Shown: positions 1 to 7,517 of the stretch, piece by piece | Layout of the letters: every line of letters starts with the position of its first letter | Position numbering within the stretch: the stretch's first letter is position 1 | Source: Gammaproteobacteria bacterium | GTDB taxonomy: Bacteria; Pseudomonadota; Gammaproteobacteria; Steroidobacterales; Rariloculaceae | DNA length: 18,494 nucleotides | Assembly (NCBI GenBank): GCA_036526155.1 | Contig: DATCZB010000094.1 | Span: 1 to 18,494 of the forward strand | Direction: 5' to 3' | Program-made: the position numbers and the translations under genes | Notes under the pieces: generated by a model | Told to the model about the DNA's origin: nothing | Databases searched by the model: none | Seen by the model: the letters and a program-made list of their open reading frames with translations, nothing else

Positions 1-230
1 CGGAGCGGGCAATCGAACACGCCAAAGTTGCCGTGTCTCAGGACCCCGACTATTCTGCCGCCTGGCGTCTGCTGGGGCAGGCGCAGGTCGCAGCCGGTCA
101 GCACGAGGCGGCGGCAGAGAGTTTCGAGAGGGGGATAGCCGTGGCCAGGCAGCGCGGGGACCGACAAGTCGAAAAAGAAATGCAGGTCTTTCTGAGACGG
201 CTGCGGAATGATGATCAAGAGCGGGACTGA
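1..230 (+). CDS. C-terminal fragment of a small TPR-like protein (5' end lies outside the window)
   Basis: Frame 3 is open from the left edge (ERAIEHAKVAV precedes the listed GTG at 33), with a TGA stop at 228-230. AWRLLGQAQVAAGQHEAAAESFERGIAV fits the TPR helix-turn-helix residue pattern. Only about 76 aa are visible. The stop lies 6 nt upstream of the TRAP Q start. Confidence 0.5.
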   Translation, partial: ERAIEHAKVAVSQDPDYSAAWRLLGQAQVAAGQHEAAAESFERGIAVARQRGDRQVEKEMQVFLRRLRNDDQERD

Positions 231-236
231 TTCTTT

Positions 237-770
237 ATGAGTTGGTCAGAACGACTCGCGGGGGTCAGCGAATGGACCGGCCGAATCATCGCTTGGGCGA
301 TGCTGCCGATGGTCGCCATTCAGTTCATTGTCGTCGTGCTGCGTTACCAATTCGATCTCGGTTGGATCTGGATGCAGGAAAGCGTGGTCTGGATGCACGC
401 AGCCGTCTTCATGCTCGCCGCGGCTTACACACTGCAACACGATGAGCACGTCCGAGTCGATATCTTCTATCGGGAGCTTTCGCGCCGACGTCGTGCCTGG
501 GTCGATATCGCCGGTACTTTGTTGTTTCTGTTGCCCATGATGATCTTCCTGATCATCGTGGGGTGGGATTACGCAGCTGAGTCCTGGAGGAATACCGAGG
601 GATCGCGGGAAGCCGGCGGGTTGCGCTATCCGTTCATGCCGTTACTCAAGAGCGTGATTCCCGTGACGGCCGGTCTCCTGGCGCTGCAGGGGGTCGCCAA
701 TGTGCTGCGCGACGTCGAGGAGCTGATTCGTCCGGATGAACAAGGCGACGACGACAGCGGCGGACATTAA
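237..770 (+). CDS. TRAP transporter small permease subunit (DctQ/FcbT2-like)
   Basis: 177 aa with four hydrophobic spans. AAAYTLQHDEHVRVDIFY is the motif typical of TRAP small permeases. It sits immediately upstream of a DctM-type large permease. Confidence 0.85.
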   Translation: MSWSERLAGVSEWTGRIIAWAMLPMVAIQFIVVVLRYQFDLGWIWMQESVVWMHAAVFMLAAAYTLQHDEHVRVDIFYRELSRRRRAWVDIAGTLLFLLPMMIFLIIVGWDYAAESWRNTEGSREAGGLRYPFMPLLKSVIPVTAGLLALQGVANVLRDVEELIRPDEQGDDDSGGH

Positions 771-781
771 GGAATAGCGCT

Positions 782-2152
782 GTGGAATGGATCTCGCTCG
801 TCATGTTTGCTGCGGTCATTCTCGTGCTGCTCTCAGGCTTTCCCGTTGCTTTCTGTCTGGGCGGTGTCGCGCTGATTTTCGCCGTCGGCGGCATCATCGG
901 GGGCAGCTTCGACGGCAGTTTCCTGCAGCTCATGCCGAATCGCCTGTTCGGTATCATGAGCAACCAGACTCTGCTGGCCGTTCCGCTGTTCGTCTTCATG
1001 GGCGTAACGCTCGAGCGTGCGCGAATCGCCGAGAACCTGCTCGAAAACCTCAGCGCGCTCTTCGGCTCGCTGCGCGGTGGCCTGGGGATATCCGTGACCG
1101 TCGTCGGTATGCTCCTTGCCGCGAGCACCGGCATCGTCGGCGCGACTGTCGTGACGATGGGCTTATTGTCCCTGCCGACAATGCTCAGGCACGGCTATAG
1201 CCCGCAGATTGCGAGTGGAACGATCTGTGCGGCCGGAACGCTGGGGCAAATCATCCCGCCGTCGATCGTTCTCGTGCTGCTCGGTGACGTGCTGTCCACG
1301 GCCTATAGCGACGCGCAGACTTCGCAGGGAATCTTCAATCCGGACACGGTTTCGGTCGGCGATCTGTTCGCTGGCGCCTTGATCCCGGGGCTGATGCTCG
1401 TCGGGCTCTATATCGTCTATCTGGTCGCTATCGCGATCTTCAAGCCCCAAGCCATGCCGACGGCCGCAAAGGATCCGGAAGGGCCCGACTGGATGGCGCT
1501 GCTGATGGCGCTCGCGCCTCCGTTGCTGCTGATTCTGGCCGTGCTTGGATCGATCCTGAAAGGTATTGCGACGCCCACCGAAGCCGCATCGGTCGGTGCC
1601 GTCGGAGCGTTGTTGCTCGCGTCATTACGCGGAGAGTTGAGCGTAGCCCGGCTCCGGGGAATCATGCAAAGCACGACTCGGGTCAGCAGCATGGTCTTTC
1701 TGATCCTGATCGGCGCGTCGCTGTTCTCACTCGTGTTTCGAGGCTATGGCGGTGACCGTCTGGTACAGGATGTGCTGACAAGTCTCCCCGGCGGCGTTTT
1801 CGGTGCCGTCGTCTCCGTCATGCTGCTGATGTTCCTGCTCGGCTTCGTGCTCGACTTCATTGAGATCACATTCGTCGTCGTGCCGATCGTCGGGCCGATC
1901 CTGCTGGTGATGGGTCTGGATCCCGTCTGGCTCGGCGTCATGATCGCGATCAATCTGCAGACGTCGTTTCTGACGCCGCCTTTCGGTTTTGCGCTGTTCT
2001 ACCTGCGGGGAGTTGCGCCCGACTCGCTCGCGACGGGTGACATCTATCGAGGCGTTATTCCGTTCGTCGCGATTCAGATTCTGGCGCTGGCAATCGTCGC
2101 CTCCTGGCCGTCGCTCGCCACCTGGCTGCCGGAAGTCCTGCTAGGAAATTAA
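782..2152 (+). CDS. TRAP transporter large permease subunit (DctM/FcbT3-like)
   Basis: 456 aa polytopic membrane protein with a DctM-like glycine/proline-rich helix pattern. The GTG start at 782 lies 8 nt after AAGGA (769-773); an alternative ATG is at 803. TAA stop at 2150-2152, followed by a strong hairpin. Confidence 0.9.
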   Translation: MEWISLVMFAAVILVLLSGFPVAFCLGGVALIFAVGGIIGGSFDGSFLQLMPNRLFGIMSNQTLLAVPLFVFMGVTLERARIAENLLENLSALFGSLRGGLGISVTVVGMLLAASTGIVGATVVTMGLLSLPTMLRHGYSPQIASGTICAAGTLGQIIPPSIVLVLLGDVLSTAYSDAQTSQGIFNPDTVSVGDLFAGALIPGLMLVGLYIVYLVAIAIFKPQAMPTAAKDPEGPDWMALLMALAPPLLLILAVLGSILKGIATPTEAASVGAVGALLLASLRGELSVARLRGIMQSTTRVSSMVFLILIGASLFSLVFRGYGGDRLVQDVLTSLPGGVFGAVVSVMLLMFLLGFVLDFIEITFVVVPIVGPILLVMGLDPVWLGVMIAINLQTSFLTPPFGFALFYLRGVAPDSLATGDIYRGVIPFVAIQILALAIVASWPSLATWLPEVLLGN

Positions 2153-2155
2153 CAA

Positions 2156-2193
2156 GGGGTCAGAGCCCTTTCTCCAGAAAGGGCTCTGACCCC
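2156..2193. terminator. Bidirectional intrinsic-terminator-like hairpin between convergent operons
   Basis: GGGGTCAGAGCCCTTTCT (2156-2173) and AGAAAGGGCTCTGACCCC (2176-2193) are perfect reverse complements (18 bp arms, 2-nt centre). It starts 4 nt after the DctM stop and ends 47 nt beyond the stop of the last minus-strand oxidase-cluster gene. Neither side has a clear U-tract. Confidence 0.7.
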
Positions 2194-2239
2194 TCTTGGG
2201 TCGCTTGCTCAGGAAATGGGGCCGGGCCCCGTGATCCAA

Positions 2240-2530
2240 CTAGTGGTGGTGTTCGGTGTCTTCGGACTTGCCCTTCGGCAAACCCTCGTTACCCCTGATC
2301 CAGACCAGGGCGCCATAGACGAAGAGCACCAGTGCCACCGTTGCCATCGGCAGCGGCGGAAGCCAGAGCGGGATGTGTTCCATACCAGTCACATACGGTT
2401 CGAGTGAATAGGACAGCAACCAGGCCAGCAATACGCCGACCAGGATGCCAAATGCGAGCAGGAGGTTGCTTTTCCAGACCCCCGCCCAGATCACGCAGCA
2501 TAAGGCGATGCCGACGAGCCACCAGATCAT
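2240..2530 (-). CDS. Hypothetical small membrane protein (about 3 TM helices, C-terminal HHH), last gene of the oxidase operon
   Basis: 96 aa with three hydrophobic segments (IWWLVGIALCCVIWAGVW, LLLAFGILVGVLLAWLL, MATVALVLFVYGALVWI). The tail RGNEGLPKGKSEDTEHHH is basic then acidic. Its ATG at 2530 is only 2 nt after the TAA of the upstream subunit-IV-family gene. I recognise no family. Confidence 0.55.
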   Translation of the reverse strand: MIWWLVGIALCCVIWAGVWKSNLLLAFGILVGVLLAWLLSYSLEPYVTGMEHIPLWLPPLPMATVALVLFVYGALVWIRGNEGLPKGKSEDTEHHH

Positions 2531-2532
2531 GA

Positions 2533-2871
2533 TTAGTGGTCCAGGCCTTCGGGCTCGGGTGGCGCCGTGAAAGCGTCGATCCGCGTCGCTTCCGTGTACT
2601 CGCCCTCATAGACCATGAAGCCGATGAGGAACAGTAGCAGCACCGGAGGACCGAGAATCGCCCAGATCAGGGCCATCCGCTCCCACTTCATGTGCATGAA
2701 GATCGCGATGATGAATCCGGCCTTCAGGAACATGAAGAGCAGGATGAGTCCCCAGCGCAGAAATCCGTGCTCGAGAAAATCCGTCCCGTACGAAAACGCA
2801 CTGAAAAGAAAAAGCAAACCCCAGATCCAGAAATAGATGCTTAACGGGTGTTGTTGACCTTCGGTTGCCAT
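2533..2871 (-). CDS. Cytochrome c oxidase subunit IV family protein (prokaryotic COX4/CyoD-like small subunit)
   Basis: Called from the internal ATG at 2871 (MATEGQQHPLSIYFWIWGLLFLF...), 112 aa. It has three TM helices and the KAGFIIAIFMHMKWE motif, which resembles the FMH(L/M)xxE signature of prokaryotic subunit IV. The ORF-track start at 2952 would overlap the upstream subunit III gene by 68 nt, so I reject it. Confidence 0.7.
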   Translation of the reverse strand: MATEGQQHPLSIYFWIWGLLFLFSAFSYGTDFLEHGFLRWGLILLFMFLKAGFIIAIFMHMKWERMALIWAILGPPVLLLFLIGFMVYEGEYTEATRIDAFTAPPEPEGLDH

Positions 2872-2884
2872 TAGCGGTCGCCCC

Positions 2885-3565
2885 TCACCACAAGTAGAAG
2901 AATGCGAAGATGAATACCCAGACGAGATCGACAAAGTGCCAGTACAGGCCAACGATCTCGACTATCTCGTAATTTCCGCCGCCGCGCTCGTAGTCGCCTC
3001 TCAGAACCTTGAGCGCGACGATGACGAGATAGATCACGCCTCCGGTAACGTGGAGTCCGTGAAAGCCCGTGATCATGAAGAACGAAGCCCCGAACTGCTC
3101 GGCACCGAAGGGGTTCTCCCAGGGCCTGACACCTTCCTCGATGAGCTTGGTCCACTCGAACGCCTGCATGCCGACGAAGACGGCGCCAAAAGCCGCGGTG
3201 ATCAGCATCAGCGCGGCGGCACGGGCACGGTTGCCGCGATAGCCAAAATTGACGGCCATGGCCATCGTGCCGCTCGATGTGATGAGCACGAAGGTCATGA
3301 TCGCGATAAGGATCAGCGGCATATTGATGCCGAAGATCGTCAGCGCGAAGACCTCACTGGGATTCGGCCACGCCGCGGCCGTGGAGATCCGGTCGTGGCC
3401 GTAGCCAACGAGGAACGATGTGAAGATGAACGTATCGCTCAACAGGAATATCCACATCATCGCCTTGCCCCAGGGAACCTGGAACGTTTGACGATCAGCG
3501 GCCCAGTCGGCTAAGAGCCCCCCCGAGTTGGCCTGATCAGCAGTGGCCGAACCTTCTTGTGCCAT
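2885..3565 (-). CDS. Heme-copper oxidase subunit III family protein (CoxP-like, 5-TM short form)
   Basis: 226 aa. FFMITGFHGLHVTGGVIYL and GLYWHFVDLVWVFIFAFFYLW are classic subunit III/CyoC C-terminal motifs. Confidence 0.85.
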   Translation of the reverse strand: MAQEGSATADQANSGGLLADWAADRQTFQVPWGKAMMWIFLLSDTFIFTSFLVGYGHDRISTAAAWPNPSEVFALTIFGINMPLILIAIMTFVLITSSGTMAMAVNFGYRGNRARAAALMLITAAFGAVFVGMQAFEWTKLIEEGVRPWENPFGAEQFGASFFMITGFHGLHVTGGVIYLVIVALKVLRGDYERGGGNYEIVEIVGLYWHFVDLVWVFIFAFFYLW

Positions 3566-3586
3566 CGTTAAGCGTTGCCTCGAAAC

Positions 3587-4294
3587 TTAGGTTGATAAAA
3601 GAATTGCGAACAGCACCAGCCAGATCATCAGCAGGTAGTGCCAGTAAGTTGCGCAAAGCTGGATGCTCTGCCTGAGTGCCGCGACCTCATGCAGCTCAGC
3701 CTGCTCGAGGCCGCGCCGGATTCGCGACGCAGCCCGGCTCCAGACGACGAGCCCGCCGACCAGATGCGCGCCGTGCACGGCGGTCAGGAGCACGAAGAAT
3801 GCGAACGACACGGTCGTCGCGGCATACTCGCCAGTTGCGTAAAGCGCTTGCCAGGCCAGCACCTGACCAATCAGAAACGACATCGTCAGCAGGCCCGCCA
3901 TATTGAAATATCGGCGCATCTTCGCCCGTCCCTGCGTCGATGAGCTGAACCCGTGCGCAAGCTGGATCGCGATGCTCGCCAGAACCAGAGCGACCGTGTT
4001 GGCCCAGAGTATTCGAGGCTCTTCGACCGGCACCCAGCCCTGCATCTCGCCGGCAGCCATCCCGCCGTGACTCATGTCCATGCGCATGAAGTAGGCGCCG
4101 ATGAAGACGAGGAACACGCTCGTGACGACGCCGAGGAAGACCCAGAGGCCAACCTTGGGCGCCGACGAGGTCAGCCCGTCCTGACTGCCCTCGAGAATGC
4201 CATGCTGGGTCCAGGGCTTATCCTGCAGCCGCCGTATAAGGACGAAGGCCACCGTCATGGCAAAGCACATCGCTATGAAGAGCAACGTAAACAT
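3587..4294 (-). CDS. Second, divergent heme-copper oxidase subunit III-like protein (CoxO-like)
   Basis: 235 aa polytopic protein. LLTAVHGAHLVGGLVVW and CATYWHYLLMIWLVLF are degenerate versions of the subunit III motifs. GGAG lies 8 nt upstream of the ATG at 4294, and the gap from the subunit I stop is 13 nt. Confidence 0.75.
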   Translation of the reverse strand: MFTLLFIAMCFAMTVAFVLIRRLQDKPWTQHGILEGSQDGLTSSAPKVGLWVFLGVVTSVFLVFIGAYFMRMDMSHGGMAAGEMQGWVPVEEPRILWANTVALVLASIAIQLAHGFSSSTQGRAKMRRYFNMAGLLTMSFLIGQVLAWQALYATGEYAATTVSFAFFVLLTAVHGAHLVGGLVVWSRAASRIRRGLEQAELHEVAALRQSIQLCATYWHYLLMIWLVLFAILLST

Positions 4295-4307
4295 GCGTCG
4301 TTCTCCG

Positions 4308-6056
4308 TCAGGTTCCTACGCTGGCTTCGCCCGGCTTGATCGGATGATTCTGCGGAATGTAGTCCTCATCATCACCGGGGACGCTGTAGTCATAGGCCCA
4401 GCGGTGCACCTCGGGCAGCTCAGGCCCCCAGTTGCCGTGCTTGGGCGGCGTATCGGGCGTCTGCCATTCCAGTGACGTCGCGCGCCATGGATTCGGCCCC
4501 GAATCCTTGCCCTTGAACAGGCTGTAAATGATGTTGACGAAGAAGAAGATCTGCGCGACCGCGACGAATATTGCTGCAATCGTGATCGTCTGATTCACAT
4601 CCAGCGCCGATTGCGGGATGAAGTCGGTATCCCCGTATGCGTAATAGCGACGCGGCATGCCGAGGATGCCGATGTAGTGCATCGGCAGGTAAATCGCGTA
4701 AGTGCCGAGGAACGTCATCCAGAAATGGATCACACCGAGCTTCATGTTCGGCATCTTGCCCGTCATCTTCGGATACCAGTGATAAATGGCGCCGAAGACG
4801 ACCATGACCGGTGACACGCCCATGACCATATGGAAATGGCCAATCACGAAATACGTGTCGGACAACGGCAGGTCGACGGTGACGTTGCCGAGGAAGAGGC
4901 CGGTCAATCCGCCGTGGACGAACGTGAAGATAAAGCCTGTGGCCCAGAGCATCGGCAGGGTGAAATGCAGATCGCCGCGCCAGAGCGTCAGCACCCAGTT
5001 ATAGACTTTGATCGCTGTCGGCACGGCGATGATCAGTGTCGTCGTCGCAAAGAAGAAACCGAAGTACGGGTTCATGCCGCTGACGTACATGTGGTGCGCC
5101 CAGACGACGAACGAGATCGCGCCGATAGCGACCAGCGCCCAGACCATCATGCGGTAACCGAAGATGTTCTTGCGCGCATGTGTGCTGAGCAGGTCAGAGA
5201 CCAGCCCGAACATCGGCAGCGCGACGATGTAGACCTCGGGATGACCGAAGAACCAGAACAGGTGCTGGAACAGAATCGGGCTGCCGCCCTCGGTATCGGT
5301 GGCTTCGCCGGCGAGCATGAGTGCCGGCATGAAGAAGCTGGTATCCAGCGTGCGGTCGAGCAGCATCATGATTGCGGCGACGAGCAGGGCCGGGAATGCG
5401 AGCAGGCCGAGGATCGTGGCAATGAAGATGCCCCAGACCGAGAGCGGCATGCGCATCAGCGTCATTCCCCTGCAGCGCGCCTGCAGCACGGTCGTGACGT
5501 AGTTCAGGCCGCCCATCGTGAACGCAACGATGAATACGGCCAGCGACAGAATCATGAGCAGGATGCCCCAGTCGACGCCGGGCGTTCCTTGAGAAATGGA
5601 CTGAGGCGGATAGAGTGTCCAGCCGGCGCCTGTCGGGCCGCCAGGAACGAAGAAGCTGATGCAGAGGATGATGCACGACAGCAGAAAGACCCAGAAACTC
5701 AGCATATTCATGTACGGGAACACCATGTCCCGGGCGCCGCACATGAGCGGGATCAGATAATTGCCGAATCCGCCCAGGAACAGGGCGGTCAGGAGGTAAA
5801 CGACCATGATCATGCCGTGCATGGTCACGAACTGGTAGTACTCGTACGGCGAGATCTCGAAGGTGCCGGGGAAGCCGATCTGCAGGCGCATGAGCAGCGA
5901 CAGAACGAGCGCGATAACCCCCATTGCGATGGCTGTGCCACCGTACTGAATAGCAATGACCTTGTGGTCCTGGCTCCATACGTACTTGGTAATGAACGTA
6001 TCAGGGTCATGCATGTGCTGTTCATGATCCCGGTCGGCGATTGCAACGTATGCCAT
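4308..6056 (-). CDS. coxA: Cytochrome c oxidase subunit I (A-type heme-copper oxidase catalytic subunit)
   Basis: 582 aa. Contains WFFGHPEVYIV (CuB His, cross-linked Tyr, D-channel Glu of A1-type oxidases), WAHHMY (CuB His pair), VIGHFHMVM (heme a3 and heme a ligands), VTMHGMIMV (heme a ligand) and GNYLIPLMCGARDMVFPYMN (D-channel entry). AGGAGG lies 10 nt upstream of the ATG. Confidence 0.97.
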   Translation of the reverse strand: MAYVAIADRDHEQHMHDPDTFITKYVWSQDHKVIAIQYGGTAIAMGVIALVLSLLMRLQIGFPGTFEISPYEYYQFVTMHGMIMVVYLLTALFLGGFGNYLIPLMCGARDMVFPYMNMLSFWVFLLSCIILCISFFVPGGPTGAGWTLYPPQSISQGTPGVDWGILLMILSLAVFIVAFTMGGLNYVTTVLQARCRGMTLMRMPLSVWGIFIATILGLLAFPALLVAAIMMLLDRTLDTSFFMPALMLAGEATDTEGGSPILFQHLFWFFGHPEVYIVALPMFGLVSDLLSTHARKNIFGYRMMVWALVAIGAISFVVWAHHMYVSGMNPYFGFFFATTTLIIAVPTAIKVYNWVLTLWRGDLHFTLPMLWATGFIFTFVHGGLTGLFLGNVTVDLPLSDTYFVIGHFHMVMGVSPVMVVFGAIYHWYPKMTGKMPNMKLGVIHFWMTFLGTYAIYLPMHYIGILGMPRRYYAYGDTDFIPQSALDVNQTITIAAIFVAVAQIFFFVNIIYSLFKGKDSGPNPWRATSLEWQTPDTPPKHGNWGPELPEVHRWAYDYSVPGDDEDYIPQNHPIKPGEASVGT

Positions 6057-6090
6057 GTTCTAGATTCCTCCTGAGTCTCGCCGCGAACGC

Positions 6091-7455
6091 TTAAGGCAGC
6101 ATGTTGATATATGCGATGACATCGTCGATCGCGGCGTCGTCTGTAAGCATGCCCGCCAGCAAATACATCTGGTCGCCATAGACGTCTTCCGGATGCCCGC
6201 CGCGACGCCGCGCCCGGTCCTCCTGCTTGAACAGGGTCAGCTGGCGATGCAGATACCAGTCGCTCATGCCGGCCAGCCGAGGCGCGTTCGTGTTCCAGTT
6301 GCCGTCGCCCTGGGCGCCGTGGCAGAGCCCGCAGGTCGTGTACAAATCGCGGCCGCGCTCGATGTCGCCCGTGATCGTCGTTTCTGCCGGCTCGTCGGGG
6401 AACGTGCCGATGTAGGCTATGACGTCCTCGAGTGTCTGCGGCGTCGCCAGCACGGCTGCCATGGCGGACATCTGCACGGCGATATTGTCTTCCGTGCCGC
6501 GGCGCCCGTTCTGGTAATTATCGATCTGCCGACGCAGATACCAGGGCTCCTGACCGGCGAGCTTCGGTGCGTTGAGTGCAACGTTGCCCTCACCCTGAGC
6601 GCCATGGCAGGCCAGGCAAACGGCGTAGGTTGCTGCGCCGCGAGCCGCGTCGCCCACGGGACGTGCCTGGGTTTCGGCGAAGGTCGGCTGCGAATCGAGC
6701 CAGGCGTCGAAATCGGCCTGCTCTTCGACGACGACCTTGCTGCGCATCGCAAAATGCGCGACGCCGCAGAGCTCTTCACAGAGGACTTCGTAGGTGCCGG
6801 TCTTCGTTACCTCGAACCATTGATAGGTCACCATGCCGGGCACGAGATCCATCTTGACGCGGAATTGCGGCACCGTGAAATTGTGCAGCACGTCGGACGA
6901 GCGCAGCAGGAAGTGAATCGGCTGGTCCACGGGCAAGTGCGCAACCGGCCCGTTGACAACGATGTCGTCCTGGCCGGCCGGGTCCGCTGGGTCGATGCCG
7001 AGCGGGTTCGCGACCGTCATCTGGCGGACGTCGGTGTTGCCGAACTGACCGTCCTCGCCCGGGTAACGATAGCTCCAGTGCCACTGCTTGCCGACGGCTT
7101 CGACCTGCATGGCGTTGTCGGGCACCTTGACGAAATCACCCCAGGCGACCAGGCCCGGCGCGAGCATTGCGGCCACACCAACCGAAGTGATGACCGTCAG
7201 GATGATCTCGAGCTTGTGACTCTCGGGCTCGTAGTGAGCCTTGTGACCCGGCTTGTGCCGGAACTTGATGATGCAGTAAGCGGTGAACAGGTTGATCAGG
7301 ACGAATACGACGGCGGCGACCCAGAACGTGATGTCGACCGTGAGGTCGATCAGGCCCCAGTTGGACGCGAGATCCGTGAAATACCAGGCGTTGAAGTGAT
7401 AAATCAGCGAACCGATGACCAGAAAGGTGATGGCCGCTGCCAAGACTACAGGCAT
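6091..7455 (-). CDS. coxB: Cytochrome c oxidase subunit II with a C-terminal diheme cytochrome c (c4-like) extension
   Basis: 454 aa with N-terminal TM helices and QWHWSYRYPG. CuA ligands are DVLHNF ... CEELCGVAHFAM. Two CxxCH sites follow: CLACH (aa 280-284, DNA about 6604-6618) and CGLCH (aa 375-379, DNA about 6319-6333). Each is followed by an NAP(K/R)LAG...WYL.RQ segment like the two halves of cytochrome c4. Confidence 0.95.
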   Translation of the reverse strand: MPVVLAAAITFLVIGSLIYHFNAWYFTDLASNWGLIDLTVDITFWVAAVVFVLINLFTAYCIIKFRHKPGHKAHYEPESHKLEIILTVITSVGVAAMLAPGLVAWGDFVKVPDNAMQVEAVGKQWHWSYRYPGEDGQFGNTDVRQMTVANPLGIDPADPAGQDDIVVNGPVAHLPVDQPIHFLLRSSDVLHNFTVPQFRVKMDLVPGMVTYQWFEVTKTGTYEVLCEELCGVAHFAMRSKVVVEEQADFDAWLDSQPTFAETQARPVGDAARGAATYAVCLACHGAQGEGNVALNAPKLAGQEPWYLRRQIDNYQNGRRGTEDNIAVQMSAMAAVLATPQTLEDVIAYIGTFPDEPAETTITGDIERGRDLYTTCGLCHGAQGDGNWNTNAPRLAGMSDWYLHRQLTLFKQEDRARRRGGHPEDVYGDQMYLLAGMLTDDAAIDDVIAYINMLP

Positions 7456-7517
7456 AACACTCCCCTAATTCTCCCGTGGGCACCAAACACGATTAACTGT
7501 GCGGCCGGTGCGCTAGT

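Noticed and set aside
1-2152. TPR-protein-associated TRAP transporter (TPAT-like) interpretation of the TPR gene abutting Q-M.
   Set aside because: Only about 76 C-terminal residues are visible, and they look like the end of a small soluble TPR protein rather than a large periplasmic TatT-type lipoprotein. No SBP gene is adjacent. This cannot be evaluated without the upstream sequence.
2872-2952. Longer start (2952) for the subunit-IV-family gene, giving 139 aa.
   Set aside because: It would overlap the subunit III gene by 68 nt and add a Ser/Cys/Gly-rich non-hydrophobic N-terminus. The internal ATG at 2871 lies 13 nt after the subunit III stop and gives the expected small 3-TM protein of about 110 aa.
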